DNA from: Macrostomum lignano
Taxonomy: Eukaryota
Direction: 5' to 3'
Length of the DNA stretch: 64,000 nt
Assembly (NCBI GenBank): GCA_002269645.1
Contig: NIVC01001541.1
Location: 186,001-250,000, forward strand
The notes under the pieces are model-generated. The model made no database searches. It was not told the origin of the DNA and saw nothing but the letters and a program-made list of their open reading frames with translations. The stretch's first letter is position 1; every line of letters begins with the position of its first letter. The position numbers and the translations under genes are program-made. Positions 40,510 to 53,214 of the stretch are shown one piece after another.

Positions 40510-41580
40510 CATCACTACTAGCAACCAGTCAGTACGGCCTCAGTAGTAGGACTATGACGGACACGCTATTTTGCCTTATTAACCCGAGTTACTTTGGTTG
40601 GTCTAGGAGCATAAGCGGTTCAATCACATCTGTCAATATTAAACACCAAAGTTTGAAAAGGCCACGAGAAATTAGCAACCAGTTCCTAGAGGCCATCACA
40701 AAAGCTCTGGCTCCCGAGAGAAAAATTAGCCTCTCTTTCTGTTTTAATGGATTTTTAGAGTATTGTGAAGTTGGCTAGCAGCTGCTGTCAGCCACAGACC
40801 CCGTTCTGCCGGGAGGTTTAATCGATAGAAACAATAAAAACACTCAGAAGCCATTCCAATTGTTTATTAGCAATCAATTCACGATGTGATTGAACCAGTT
40901 TGACCAAATGAAGGAAGTTGACACGAAAGACGCAGGTTCGAACCTGGTCCCTACGAGGGTAAGTTGACGCTTTATCGATTGATTACACGTAAATGATTCA
41001 TTGAAACACGTCGACTTCAGGCAGTTTAAAATAAAAAAGCTACAGTGGTCGACTTTAATTCATTGCATTTAAATTCGATATTGAATTGACTTTGGTACGA
41101 TTTAAAATTTTCTGATTCAAATAGAAGTGATTCAATATTGTGATTGAATAGTTGGTAAAGCAGACATATTCTAGTAGAATGGGTCGACGCACTCGCACAG
41201 AGCTCTGACCCAATAATATCCGGACTCTACTTCGTCGTCCAGGCCGAAGCTGCTGGAGTAATTGTACCAAATGTTTGTCCGGTTGTGCAGACCGTTCTCA
41301 TTCGGCTCGCCGCTGCCCCACGCCTCGGGCTGGATGGTGGCGTTGCAGTCGCGCCAGTACCAGGTGCCCGAGCTGAGCGGGGAAGGCCGGTAACCGCCCA
41401 GGTAGAAGCTGCGCATCGAATAACTCAGGTCTCCATTGAGGGTGGACTTGAAAGTACCGATGTGCTCAACTTCCGGCCTGTCGCCTGCGTCAGCGAACTT
41501 GACGAGTCCGGGCTCCGAGTTGCACTTGTTGAGGCCGTCCGTCCAGCTCGACACGCCCACCATCTTGTAGACGGAGCCGC
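40510..41580. repeat. Segmental duplication: 3' half and downstream flank of lectin copy 2 match 53110-54470 (copy 4)
   Basis: Shared blocks include CACTACTAGCA..., ACACGCTATTTTGCC, GGCCACG(A/T)GAAATTAGCAAC, a degenerate tRNA-like head GACGCAGGTTCGAACCTGGTCC and GATATTGAATTGACTTTGGTACGAT. The CTL coding part is near-identical. Confidence 0.88.
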
Positions 41581-41947
41581 GATAGCCGTTGGCGAAGTCG
41601 GCAGGGCACAGCCGGCCGTTCGGCAGGCCCTCCAGGCTCCTCACGAAGGCCCAGCCGGAGCGGTCGCAGCCGGCCTCGTTCGGCATGTGGCTGCACCTGT
41701 CGAATTCCATCGTCTGGCAGACGGAGCCGTCGTCGCCAGTCAGTCGGAAGCCGCGGCATCGGACGCCGCGGTTGAGGCAGACCGCGCTGCACTTCACATT
41801 GCTGGGTCGGGCCAGCGGGGTGTTGCGGAGAAACTCGGGCCTCAGGCACAGCCGAATAAAGTGCTTTGTGAACTTCTGGGTGCTCTGCTCAGCTGCAGCA
41901 GCGCTCCAGGACGCAAGCAAGCAGAGAAGTACCGTCCAGTAAGACAT
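41171..41947 (-). CDS. Secreted PAN-like + C-type lectin protein, copy 2 (258 aa; EPN motif; chimeric)
   Basis: Same architecture as copy 1. The N-half resembles copies 1/3 and the C-half resembles copy 4. Confidence 0.85.
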   Translation of the reverse strand: MSYWTVLLCLLASWSAAAAEQSTQKFTKHFIRLCLRPEFLRNTPLARPSNVKCSAVCLNRGVRCRGFRLTGDDGSVCQTMEFDRCSHMPNEAGCDRSGWAFVRSLEGLPNGRLCPADFANGYRGSVYKMVGVSSWTDGLNKCNSEPGLVKFADAGDRPEVEHIGTFKSTLNGDLSYSMRSFYLGGYRPSPLSSGTWYWRDCNATIQPEAWGSGEPNENGLHNRTNIWYNYSSSFGLDDEVESGYYWVRALCECVDPFY

Positions 41948-42902
41948 GCCTTGCAGTTGAAGTGGGGCACTGCATCAGCTGGGGTTGCCTTTATGATGCA
42001 GGGCTGCGTTTTGCGAAAGCCAATAAACGACTTGCTCCGTGCTAGGTGACGTCGCTCAAAAATTTGTGAGCAATGACAGTGCCTGTCCGTCAGTTTTCAG
42101 AATAGTTTTTGCTTACCAGTTTTGAGCCGTTGTATTTGCAATTTGTACAGCTGTCTGCCATGGCTTTGCCTCAGCTGCGGCAGGCGACATGAGCCTGACG
42201 CCGGATTACACCAAGTCGTATAACAAAAGTTTACGCACAATTCAAACTGGAAAGGATTTTACCAGAAGTATTTTCCTGACCAACAATTTGTCACTCGCGA
42301 TATAAAAAATAGATAGGACAAAAATGCTAATGGTGAGATGTCGCCAATCGCCGTTCATGCCATTTAGTCAGTGTAGTGTTCCAGTCTCCATTTAATCGTC
42401 CTTAATCCCGAAACCCACCAGCAGAAATGCAGAAGCAAAAGGCGCAGCAGCGAGCACAAAGCAGCGAAAAGGAGGAGCAACTACTTCGCATGTTGCGTCT
42501 AATCAGCGGCAATTAGTGCCGAAAATCAGTACGAAAACTTAGCTTTACGTCATGTTAGGTTTAGGTTTAAGCTCTCAAAACCGAATTTTGAAGGGTATTG
42601 TGGTGAAATTCATTGCGCATTTAATGACACTGGCCAATTAGCGATAGCAGCAACAACAGTACGAGCTAACAACACAAAAATGCGTTGTGCAGTCGAGGTC
42701 TTAAGAAAAACAGAAGCCGTCTCTTGGCTACATGTAGTGCCCGAGCATAGACTTGGGCGGACACGGGTCGCCGGTGTCGGGTTGTAGGCAGTAGACGAAG
42801 CGCCAAGTGCGCGATTGTCTCCGCCGGTAGGTTGCCTGCAGCGTCAGCAGCAGCGCCCCCTGCACCGAATGATACTGCCGGAGGGAGTCGGGAGGATATT
42901 GA

Positions 42903-43245
42903 GGATGGTTTGAGTAGCGAGATGGTTTGAGTAGCGAGATGGTTTGAGTAGCGAGATGGTTTGAGTAGCGAGATGGTTTGAGTAGCGAGATGGTTTGAGT
43001 AGCGAGATGGTTTGAGTAGCGAGATGGTTTGAGTAGCGAGATGGTTTGAGTAGCGAGATGGTTTGAGTAGCGAGATGGTTTGAGTAGCGAGATGGTTTGA
43101 GTAGCGAGATGGTTTGAGTAGCGAGATGGTTTGAGTAGCGAGATGGTTTGAGTAGCGAGATGGTTTGAGTAGAGAGATGGTTTGAGTAGCGAGATGGTTT
43201 GAGTAGAGAGATGGTTTGAGTAGCGAGATGGTTTGAGTAGCGAGA
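42903..43245. repeat. 17-bp array (GATGGTTTGAGTAGCGA) x ~20, nearly pure
   Basis: Direct. A degenerate homolog lies at 49560-49870. Confidence 0.95.
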
Positions 43246-43247
43246 CA

Positions 43248-43373
43248 CTAAAACCCCTAAGCTAAAACCCCTAAGCTAAAACCCCTAAGCTAAAACCCCT
43301 AAGCTAAAACCCCTAAGCTAAAACCCCTAAGCTAAAACCCCTAAGCTAAAACCCCTAAGCTAAAACCCCTAAG
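43248..43373. repeat. Telomere-like 14-bp array (CTAAAACCCCTAAG) x9
   Basis: Direct. The reverse strand reads CTTAGGGGTTTTAG. Confidence 0.95.
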
Positions 43374-45056
43374 ATAATGCTCGCAGCTGGCTTCAGGCAT
43401 GGTAGCGCTTGAAACTGAAAATTCTGCTTCTTGTCATTTTGTGTTCTTCTTGCCGCTCCGTTGCACCAGCCGTTCCTGTCCACGCTCCGGGACTGAGCAC
43501 TAATGCTATAGGCTGACTCTGACAACCGCTGGACCAAGTCCCCTCGGATTGTCTTGACATGGTTGATGGCCCCGGCTTTACAAACGTTTTTAGCATTGCC
43601 GCATTTACTAATGATGGGGATGAGTTAGAAATCTGAATAGAAAAGGCAGGCTCGCAGAACAATTTGTCAGGCCAGTCCAAAACCTTGAAAAAACTCGCAA
43701 CCGTCGCAAAGCAGAAATGAATGAAGGGTTTGAAACAATACTGTCTTTCGAGATCGTTGGTGGGCGCTCTGCTTGGAGGGTAGCTCGCGTCTTCGGCTGA
43801 GCTGCCCGTGTTGCAGGAATTTTACCGCTCCCTTAGCAGCTTGAGCTGCAAATGCGTCAGTTGATCTGACCTAAGCAGAGAGCTGGTGAATGGACCGCCT
43901 GTAAGGCTCGTTGATATTCTGCCAGTGTGGCCCACCAGGAATTCGGGAGTCTATGCATTAGAGATGTGTTCGGCGCTGCTGGAGTTTGCCAGAGCGGGGC
44001 CACGTGGTCGCTGTGAAGCTGATCTCTCTGCGGCTTTGTGTGCCCGCTCATGGTCGACCCTGTCTGATGGGTAGTTTGCACAGGTGCGCCGCTAGGACAA
44101 ACAACCCCGCAAGGGTTTCCAAAGCCTTCAACGCCTCCCAATCGCCACAGAAGGGACTCAATATTGAGGTCGCCCGAGCATTCGCTCCTGAAGCACTCAA
44201 CCCCTCATCCAGCGGCGGAGTTCCATTTTGGTCGAAGCGAGAAATTCACTTTCCGGACTTTGTTAGCAAGGATATTGTTAGTTTGCTCTTTAATTAGTCA
44301 ACAGCAGAAATTATCTATGATAGCGCATCTTTATGCACTGTTACGAACTGGATATTGATATACATGTAAACTGTTCAAACACTTTGTGACACATTTGGCT
44401 TTCCTCCTTGTATAAAGAGTTTTGAAATGTAAAACGTTTCTCTTGTGGGACGCTCAGCCAAATTTTACCTCAGAGTTTCCAGATCGTGGTTCTCCTTTTG
44501 GCCCTTGGATGCACTTTTTCTAAACGCGGGACGGATGCCTCTGAGGTGAATGGATCCATAGAATCCACATTTTGCTGTTTCTAGTGCCTTTGAAGGTGGT
44601 GCATTCCTGTATTTTCAGGTGAAGGCAATGTCTGCGATTGTGGGAGCGTTGTAGTCTCTGATCTGCTCCAGTGCTGAAGGCCCTGTAGAATGCCGTCGAG
44701 CAGCAGATCACCTTCGTGTCGAGTAGTAGCTGTCCCGCCCCAAACTGAATTCATGCAAAAGACTATGCGATCGATAAACATGGGCTGCAAATGCAAAGGG
44801 CACTCTCCTTACACTTTATTTAGATTAGAAATCAAAGAATATTGCAGGCATAAGTTGATTTTAACTTTAAGCTGCCGGATGGTCAGCAGCGCTAACCATA
44901 CACCAACAGCCTTTACTGTCGGTAATTTTGCTGATAAAGCTGACCATGCCGGCAGGAACGGAGCTTTTGTATTTGTAGCTCCGGCACAAAAGCTCTGATG
45001 AGTCACTCTACTCATAGTAGAAATGATGGGCACATGACAAAACAGGTATTCTATCT

Positions 45057-45917
45057 TTAAGGCTCTAAGTGAACTGATAAAGACCATTAAGGCTCCGAGT
45101 GAGCTGATGAAGACCATCAAGGCTCCGAGTGAACTGATGAATATCATTAAGGCTCCGAGTGAGCTGATGAAGACCATTAAGGCTCCGAGTGAACTGATGA
45201 AGATCATTAAGGCTCCGAGTGAACTGATGAAGACCATTAAGGCTCCGAGTGAACTGATGAATATCATTAAGGCTCCGAGTGAACTGATGAATATCATTAA
45301 GGCTCCGAGTGAGCTGATGAAGACCATTAAGGCTCCGAGTGAACTGATAAAGACCATTAAGGCTCCGAGTGAGCTGATGAATATCATTAAGGCTCCGAGT
45401 GAGCTGATGAAGACCATTAAGGCTCCGAGTGAACTGATAAAGACCATTAAGGCTCCGAGTGAGCTGATGAAGATCATTAAGGCTCCGAGTGAGCTGATGA
45501 ATATCATTAAGGCTCCGAGTGAACTGATAAAGACCATTAAGGCTCCGAGAGAACTGATGAAGATCATTAAGGCTCCGAGTGAACTGATGAAGATCATTAA
45601 GCCTCCGAGTGAGCTGATGAAGATCATTAAGGCTCCGAGTGAGCTGATGAAGATCATTAAGGCTCCGAGTGAACTGATAAAGGTCATTAAGCCTCCGAGT
45701 GAGCTGATGAAGATCATTAAGGCTCCGAGTGAACTGATAAAGGTCATTAAGCCTCCGAGTGAGCTGATGAAGATCATTAAGGCTCCGAGTGAACTGATAA
45801 AGGTCATTAAGCCTCCGAGTGAGCTGATGAAGATCATTAAGGCTCCGAGTGAACTGATAAAGGTCATTAAGCCTCCGAGTGAGCTGATGAAGATCATTAA
45901 GGCTCCGAGTGAGCTGA
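45057..45917. repeat. 30-bp minisatellite (TAAGGCTCCGAGTGA(A/G)CTGATGAAGATCAT) x ~28
   Basis: Direct. It generates ORFs 45107..45940 and 44809..45969. Confidence 0.95.
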
Positions 45918-47542
45918 AAACGATCAATAACTCACAATAAGTCTTGGAGTGAGCTTTGAGGAAGCTCAAGCTCTAGTGAATTAGAGGCAGATTCACAATG
46001 TAATTTGGTGATCCTCACAGCCGTTCGACGAACCAAAAAAAGAGATAAATGTGTTTCCATTTTTCGTTGCCAACTCTTGTAATAACAATAGACACGAAGG
46101 GAACAGAAACAGATCATATCATCGATCTTATATGAATTACAATAGATAGGCCACTCTCCATTCAGCCAATGCATTGAAAACGACATCCAAAAATGACTCG
46201 GAGAGGAAAAAATGTCCGCTTGCACTACTGAAAACTAATCGCCAGTAGTCCATGGGCATAGACTAAAAAAATCATTAAATCGCAATAAAATGACGCAGGT
46301 TTTTGGTGTGAACACATCGACAGATTGAACTGCCCAAAATCATGAACTCAATGCGCTTTCTGGGTGCAAAACTGTGATACTGACGTGTACTCACCAGTAC
46401 TGAAGGACGGCAGTACGAGAACACTGGGAGAAAGACTGAAGAGACATAGATGCCTTGCCCATGTCTTTAGCAGGAAGTCAAGCAGGTTTCTTTAAATTTG
46501 AGCACAGCATCCAAATTCTTCAAGTTCAGTTTGCCTTATATCGTTAACGTAATCGTTTAAGCCAACTTCTTTTAGTTTTCTTTAAAAATATACTGCTGTC
46601 CAACAGCCTTCTGACCCAGAAAAAATGCAAAGACGACTTCTTTCTCTCAAAACGCACTCTGCTGATTATAATCTTACACTGGTCATGCAAAGGCATCCCA
46701 AGTCCTACGCTGACACAGCTGAATAAAAAGGTAATTTAATACCCGCTTCAGCTACTGACAAATATGCGTATTAACTACTGAGAACTACCTGAAATGACCG
46801 CTTTTTGGAATGGTTCCCTCTGAGTGGCCTATCTAGTGTATATAAGATTTATGGGTCACACTTAATCTGCAAATATTGCGACGCGATGGGTGCGCAGAGA
46901 GCAGGGAGCAGAGCAGAGGTTGCAAAGCGAATGAAATGCTCAAGTATTCATATTTCAACATGGAAGGAGTAAATATCAACTTTGACGTGGATTTCAACTT
47001 TGACTCATGATCAAGTTCAAGTTCAAGTTCAGTATCTATTTAAAGATACACTTGCTCAATTCTGCCTTAGTTCTCAGGCATAGTTTTGAATTCTCAAGCT
47101 TCATTTTTCAGTGAGTTTTGGCCATAGACGGCGGCCATTGCACTGCTGCTGAGGAAAGAGGCATGAGCAGTCACATCTGTGGGTTAAGTTTCTGGGGCTC
47201 AATACAAGTATTCTTCGTTCGAGCATGTTACGAAGATCTGTAAAGGACGCGTGAATCACAAAGTCCGTTTGAGTTGTCTGCGGATAGCTAGAGCAGCCCT
47301 GTATATTTTATAAGGTTTCAAGAAGTTTCTCGAAAACATTCATACATGCTCTTCGAAGCACTGAAAATTGTCTTTTCATCGCATTTATGCTGTGGCAAAA
47401 CGCCAGCGCCTGTTTGCTCGTATTTCAAACTAATAGCAAACTGGTGCACACTCAATAAACAGCTGTTCTACTGATGACTACACTGCGATCTGTAGTCCTG
47501 ACTCAAAGTCTGAACATTTCCTCCTCCGGCTTCCGAGCAGCT

Positions 47543-48316
47543 TCAGGCAAACGGATCGATGCACTCGCACAGAGCTCGGATCAGGTAGCTCGCCAACTCC
47601 ACCTCGTCGTCCACGCCGTATGAATGGTGGTGCCAGACGTTAATCCTGTCGTGCGAGTCGCCTTGGTTCGGCTGACCTATGCTCCAAACCTCGGGCGCCA
47701 GCGTGGCGTTGCAGTCGTGCCAGTACCAGGTGCTGGAGCTGAGCGGGGAAGGCCGGTAACCGCCCAGGTAAAAACTGCGCTTCCAATAAACAAGGTCTAC
47801 ATTGGAGATATTTTTCAGAGTGTGCATGTGATCGACCTCCGGCCTGTCGCCTGCGTCAGCGAACTTGGCGAGTCCGGGCTCCGAGTTGCACTTGTTGAGG
47901 CCGTCCGTCCAGCTCGACACGCCCACCATCTTGTAGACGGAGCCGCGATAGCCGTTGGCGAAGTCGGCAGGGCACAGCCGGCCGTTCGGCAGGCCCTCCA
48001 GGCTCCTCACGAAGGCCCAGCCGGAGCGGTCGCAGCCGGCCTCGTTCGGCATGTGGCTGCACCTGTCGAACTCCATCGTCTGGCAGACGGAGCCGTCGTC
48101 GCCAGTCAGTCGGAAGCCGCGGCATCGGACGCCGCGGTTGAGGCAGACCATGCCGCACTTTATATTGCTGGGGTCGGCCAGCGGGGTGTTGCGGAGAAAC
48201 TCGGGCCTCAGGCACAGCCGAATAAAGTGCTTTGTGAACTGCTGGACGCTGAGCTCAGCTGCAGCAGCGCTCCAGGACGCAAGCAGGCAGAAGAGAAGCA
48301 CCGTCCAGTAAGACAT
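47543..48316 (-). CDS. Secreted PAN-like + C-type lectin protein, copy 3 (257 aa; QPN motif)
   Basis: Same architecture. The N-half is near-identical to copy 2. Confidence 0.85.
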   Translation of the reverse strand: MSYWTVLLFCLLASWSAAAAELSVQQFTKHFIRLCLRPEFLRNTPLADPSNIKCGMVCLNRGVRCRGFRLTGDDGSVCQTMEFDRCSHMPNEAGCDRSGWAFVRSLEGLPNGRLCPADFANGYRGSVYKMVGVSSWTDGLNKCNSEPGLAKFADAGDRPEVDHMHTLKNISNVDLVYWKRSFYLGGYRPSPLSSSTWYWHDCNATLAPEVWSIGQPNQGDSHDRINVWHHHSYGVDDEVELASYLIRALCECIDPFA

Positions 48317-49559
48317 GCTTTCGGGTTGAAGTGGGGCTCTGCAGCAGCTGGGCGGCTGTCTTTATAATGCAGGGCTGCGTTTTGCAAAAGCCAATAAACG
48401 ACTTGCTCCGTGCTAGCTGACTTGGCCCTAACATTCGCAAAACAATTACTGTCTGTCGTGTTTTTAGTATTTTCAGCGTTCTTGTTTTGAGCTATTGCAT
48501 TTGCAATTCGACAGCCGACTGCTCAGTCCAGTGCTCTTGTGCTAAGCATCTCAATGCACATGCTGAATGATGGGAATTTTTTATTCCACAACGGCTAGGA
48601 CAGTTGTGTTTAGGTTTAAGCACTCCAAACCCGACTATTGAGGGAATTGTGGCGGCACCCATTGTGCATCTAATCAGTGAATGCAACGACAACAGAAACA
48701 GCGCAACAAACTGCGCTGTTTAGTCGAGGTCTTTAGAAAAACGGAAGCCGTCTCTGGGCTAGGGCCCGAGCATAGGCTGGGGCGGATCGAATGCGGATGT
48801 CGGGTAGCAGTCAGTCGACGAAGCGCCAAGTGCGCTTGTTCCCGTCGGTGCCTGCAGCGTCAGCAGCAGCGCCTCCTGCACAGAATGGTTTTGCCAGAGG
48901 GAGTCGCCGACCGCGCAACAGGTCGTTTGAACGGATCGGATTAAACAGTCCATCAGTGTTCAGGTTTTGACGTTGTAAAGCAGGGCGGTCTCGACAACCA
49001 CCTGGAACACAACGCCGGTCAGGTAAAACCTCAGACGGCCGAACAGGCCTAACAAAACAAAAGGCTACCCGAGCGAGCACCCATGCTGGGATTGCAAGTT
49101 ACTTGAGAACTCCTTTTAGCGTTTGAAGCAGATTTATTCGCGCCACTAAGCTGCTGTTCCCACTGCGTTTGAAATCTGAACTTTAGGGCCCATTAAAAAG
49201 AAAAAATGTCTCAGACAAACCGGCATTCCTGAATCTAGCCAAAAGAAAACGCTGTCTGCATCTGCACTGCTGTTAGCACAATTATCAGGCAATCTTTTTG
49301 CAAGCCTCTGCCAGGCTTCCTCGGTCCAGATGTCACAGGTAATTCGATCGTGCTTCCGCTAAAATTCTTCTGCAGCGGTTGCTATTAGCACCCCTTGCCC
49401 CCGCGTCACTGACTCGAGCACTGAAACTTCAATAACGCTTAGCATTGCTAAGTCTGTGTGAACTGCTCAAACTGGAGGCAATCCAGAGGTGCCGTTCCCA
49501 GCCCTCTCGTCAGCTATCGAACATTCTGGCTGCCACCTTAGGAGACAAAATGTTCATAG

Positions 49560-49870
49560 TCTGAGTAGCGAAATGGTCTGAGCATCAAGATGGTCTGAGT
49601 AGCCAGATGGTTCGAGTAGGGAGATGGTTTGAGTAGCCAGAGAGTTTGAGTAGCCAAAGGGTTTGAGTAGCCAGAGGGTTTGAGTAGCCAGAGGGTTTGA
49701 GTAGCCAGATGGTTTGAGTAGCCAGATGGTTTGAGTAGCCAGAGGGTTTGAGTAGCCAGAGGGTTTGAGTAGCCAGATGGTTTGAGTAGCCAGAGGGTTT
49801 GAGTAGCCAGAGGGTTTGAGTAGCGAGATGGTTCGAGTAGCCAGAGGATTTGAGTAGCCAGAGGGTTTGA
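49560..49870. repeat. Degenerate 17-bp array (GAGGGTTTGAGTAGCCA)
   Basis: Homolog of 42903-43245. Confidence 0.9.
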
Positions 49871-50399
49871 GGGCTTGGTTGAGTTGAGTGTTTTTACCGG
49901 CGCAAAACAACACAATTGCCTGCATTGTTTTCAGCAGCTCCCCTGAGCTGAAGCAAGGAAGCCATCGACAGCGCAGGTCTGCGGACGCTCGGAGCCGGCG
50001 TCAGGCATGGTAGCGCTTGAAACAGAAAATTCTGCTTCTTGTCATTTTGTACTCTTCTTGCCGCTCCGTTGCACCAGCCGTTCCTATCCACTCTCCAGGA
50101 CTGAGCACTAATGCTATAGGCTGACTCTGACAACCGCTGGACCAAGTCCCCTCGGATTGTCTTGACATGGTTGATGGCCCCGGCTTTACTAACGTTTTTA
50201 GCATTGCCGCATTTACTAATGATGGGGATGAGTTAGAAATCTGAATAGAAAAGGCAGGCTCGCAGAACAATTTGTCAGGCCAGTCCAAAACCTTGAAAAA
50301 ACTCGCAACTCGGGTTTGAAACAATACGAGAGACGGTCTTTCGAGATCGATGGTGCGCGCTTTGCTCGGAGGGTAGCCCGCGTCTTCGGCTGAGCTGCC

Positions 50400-50860
50400 C
50401 GTGTTGCAGGAATATTACCCGGGGGCCGGCCATTCGGACCAGCCCAAAACCACAAGATCAGTGACAAGCACCGAGGGCAGAAGTGGACCTCATGTGACTG
50501 TGTCCTTGCATACTCAACGTTCGAACAAGGTTTAGCAAAGCGGGAACACTTCTTCATCGCCGGCTGGCAGACAGGCAACCCAAAAGACACTGCAGTACGC
50601 TAAACGAAACAAAAGCGCACCTTTCGAGATGGAAGTCGGCCGGACACAAGGCGCCCGGTCGCAAGCCCGGCTGTCGCCTCACGTACAGCTTGGCGACGCG
50701 ATTGCAGCTGCACTTGTCGAACAAAAACAGTCTGCAGTGTCCACCCTTCATTGTGAAGACAACTCAATAAGTTGCAGTCCGCGGCGCATCTCTTGCGCGA
50801 TTTTATGAAAACGAACCTTGAAACGTACTTGGCCTCGATGCAGTCCCGGCCAAAAATTGG
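50400..50860 (-). pseudogene. Divergent, frameshifted PAN-like/C-type lectin relic
   Basis: Minus-strand frames give RDCIEAKYVSRF..KSRKRCAADC and GHCRLFLFDKCSC..LYVRRQPGLRPGALCPADF (cf. copy 4 GCQTFEFDRCS..FVRQQPGLPEGQLCPAGF), followed by AMKKCSRFAK. Confidence 0.5.
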
Positions 50861-51553
50861 ATGCTAGTTCAGATAAGCTGGCTTTACTGGCTATGCGCAC
50901 TTGGGACCTTGGCCATTAAATTGAATTCTCGCTTGATATTAACCTTCCATTATGCTAATAAGTAATGTTTGAAAATTTATTGAAGAAAAATTAAATCACA
51001 TATTTAATTATCTAGATACACACTCTCAGGTAAATTCAAATCTGTCAATCATTCTGTTAGGCCGCACGAACGCATATTGTATAGCACAGCTGGTCTCGTA
51101 CTACAGACGAAGCCAACCAAGCAAGACGATTCGGTTGACAGGTCGTTGAGGCGGAGTATGTGCCGAGATTTGCTTGACAACCGAGGGGTCCGGCCAACAA
51201 GCAGAGATGCACATCTGTCGTAGGGCAGAGCGAGTGGGACAGACGGTGGCAGGATTGCAGTGCTTCTCTTGCCCCTTCAAGCACTTCAAACCCAACCAAT
51301 GTACGAGTCATTTCACACCCCTCGACTAGCTCTGATCCTTCCACTTAGCAACCTTCAAATATTTCCAGTTCCTGTGTACAATTTGGAAATTGTATCCCAT
51401 ATTTTGATTGCTTAGAACTCCTGCCGTTGCTAGGAGCGCGAATCTGCATCCAAAAAGAGGCAGTGGACGGAAAACACGGTGCTTAAAATGACATTGCCTA
51501 ACTCCGAGCGGCTCAACGTAAGAATTCGGCATAACATATCGAATATTGTGTTC

Positions 51554-52509
<956 letters not shown>

Positions 52510-52749
52510 AACTCTTATGATTAGCATTGACCAGTAATAGCAAACCGCTAATGAACTACTTCAAGTGCAGGTGTTCACAGAAAAGCTCCATCAAATCGCA
52601 GCAAGTGCATTCGTTTGTCGGACAACGGACGCATAGCAGTGCAGAGTTTGCTAGGGACTGTATATACTCGTATTTTAAAATAGTTTTTCTAACAGGCCAC
52701 AGTTAAATCTTTACCAATTTATCGATGTCGAAGCGAAGTGCCTGGCAAT

Positions 52750-53056
52750 TAGTTTCGCGGAGACCAAAAGGAGCACTCGGACACATAACATTCAACCACC
52801 GACTGTTTATGCACTTGATCGTCGTCCACGCATTTCCGGTTAAAGTCCCAATTTTTTTTAAATCCGAAGTAAACCTCACAGTGAAGACATTCCTGTTGTG
52901 CGAGTCGCCTTCGTGCGGCCGGTAACAGCCAATGTAGAAGTCGCGCATCGTAAAACTCAGGTCTACATTGGAGAAATTTCTCAGAGTGTGCATGTGATCG
53001 ACCTCCGGCCTGTCGATTTCGTGGGCGAACTTGGCGAGTCCGGTCTCTGAGTTGCA
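52750..53056 (-). pseudogene. Truncated, internally deleted C-type lectin fragment most like copy 3
   Basis: CNSETGLAKFAHEIDRPEVDHMHTLRNFSNVDLSFTMRDFYIGCYRP is joined directly to HEGDSHNR, so the PLSS...PN segment is deleted. A VDDD remnant follows. No N-terminal half. Confidence 0.85.
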
Positions 53057-53214
53057 AGATGGGAAGACTGGAAGGCCAGAATATCATAGAAAAACCAAGA
53101 CCATAATATTCACTCATCACTACTAGCACAAGTCAATGCGGCTTCAGTTAGTAGTAAAACTGGGACGAACACGCTATTTTGCCTAACTAATCTGAGCTAC
53201 TGTGGTTGGTCTAG

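Larger units (their letters stand above)
42600..43850. repeat. Segmental duplication: upstream flank of lectin copy 2 matches 48600-50415 (flank of copy 3), with internal deletions
   Basis: 42600-42890 aligns to 48600-48910, and 43374-43850 aligns to 49995-50415. Confidence 0.88.

Noticed and set aside
41171-41580. Diversity-generating retroelement-style TR/VR pair (copy 2 versus copy 4 CTL ends)
   Set aside because: Differences are not adenine-specific (T>G, T>C, C>G and G>A all occur), both copies are full genes, and no reverse transcriptase is present in the window.
43248-43373. True interstitial telomere
   Set aside because: The unit is a 14-mer, not (TTAGGG)n. It is kept only as telomere-like.
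44994-45035. Hammerhead or SECIS candidates at CTGATGA sites (also 47476-47510)
   Set aside because: A hairpin follows, but there is no correctly placed GAAA/UH core or SECIS geometry.
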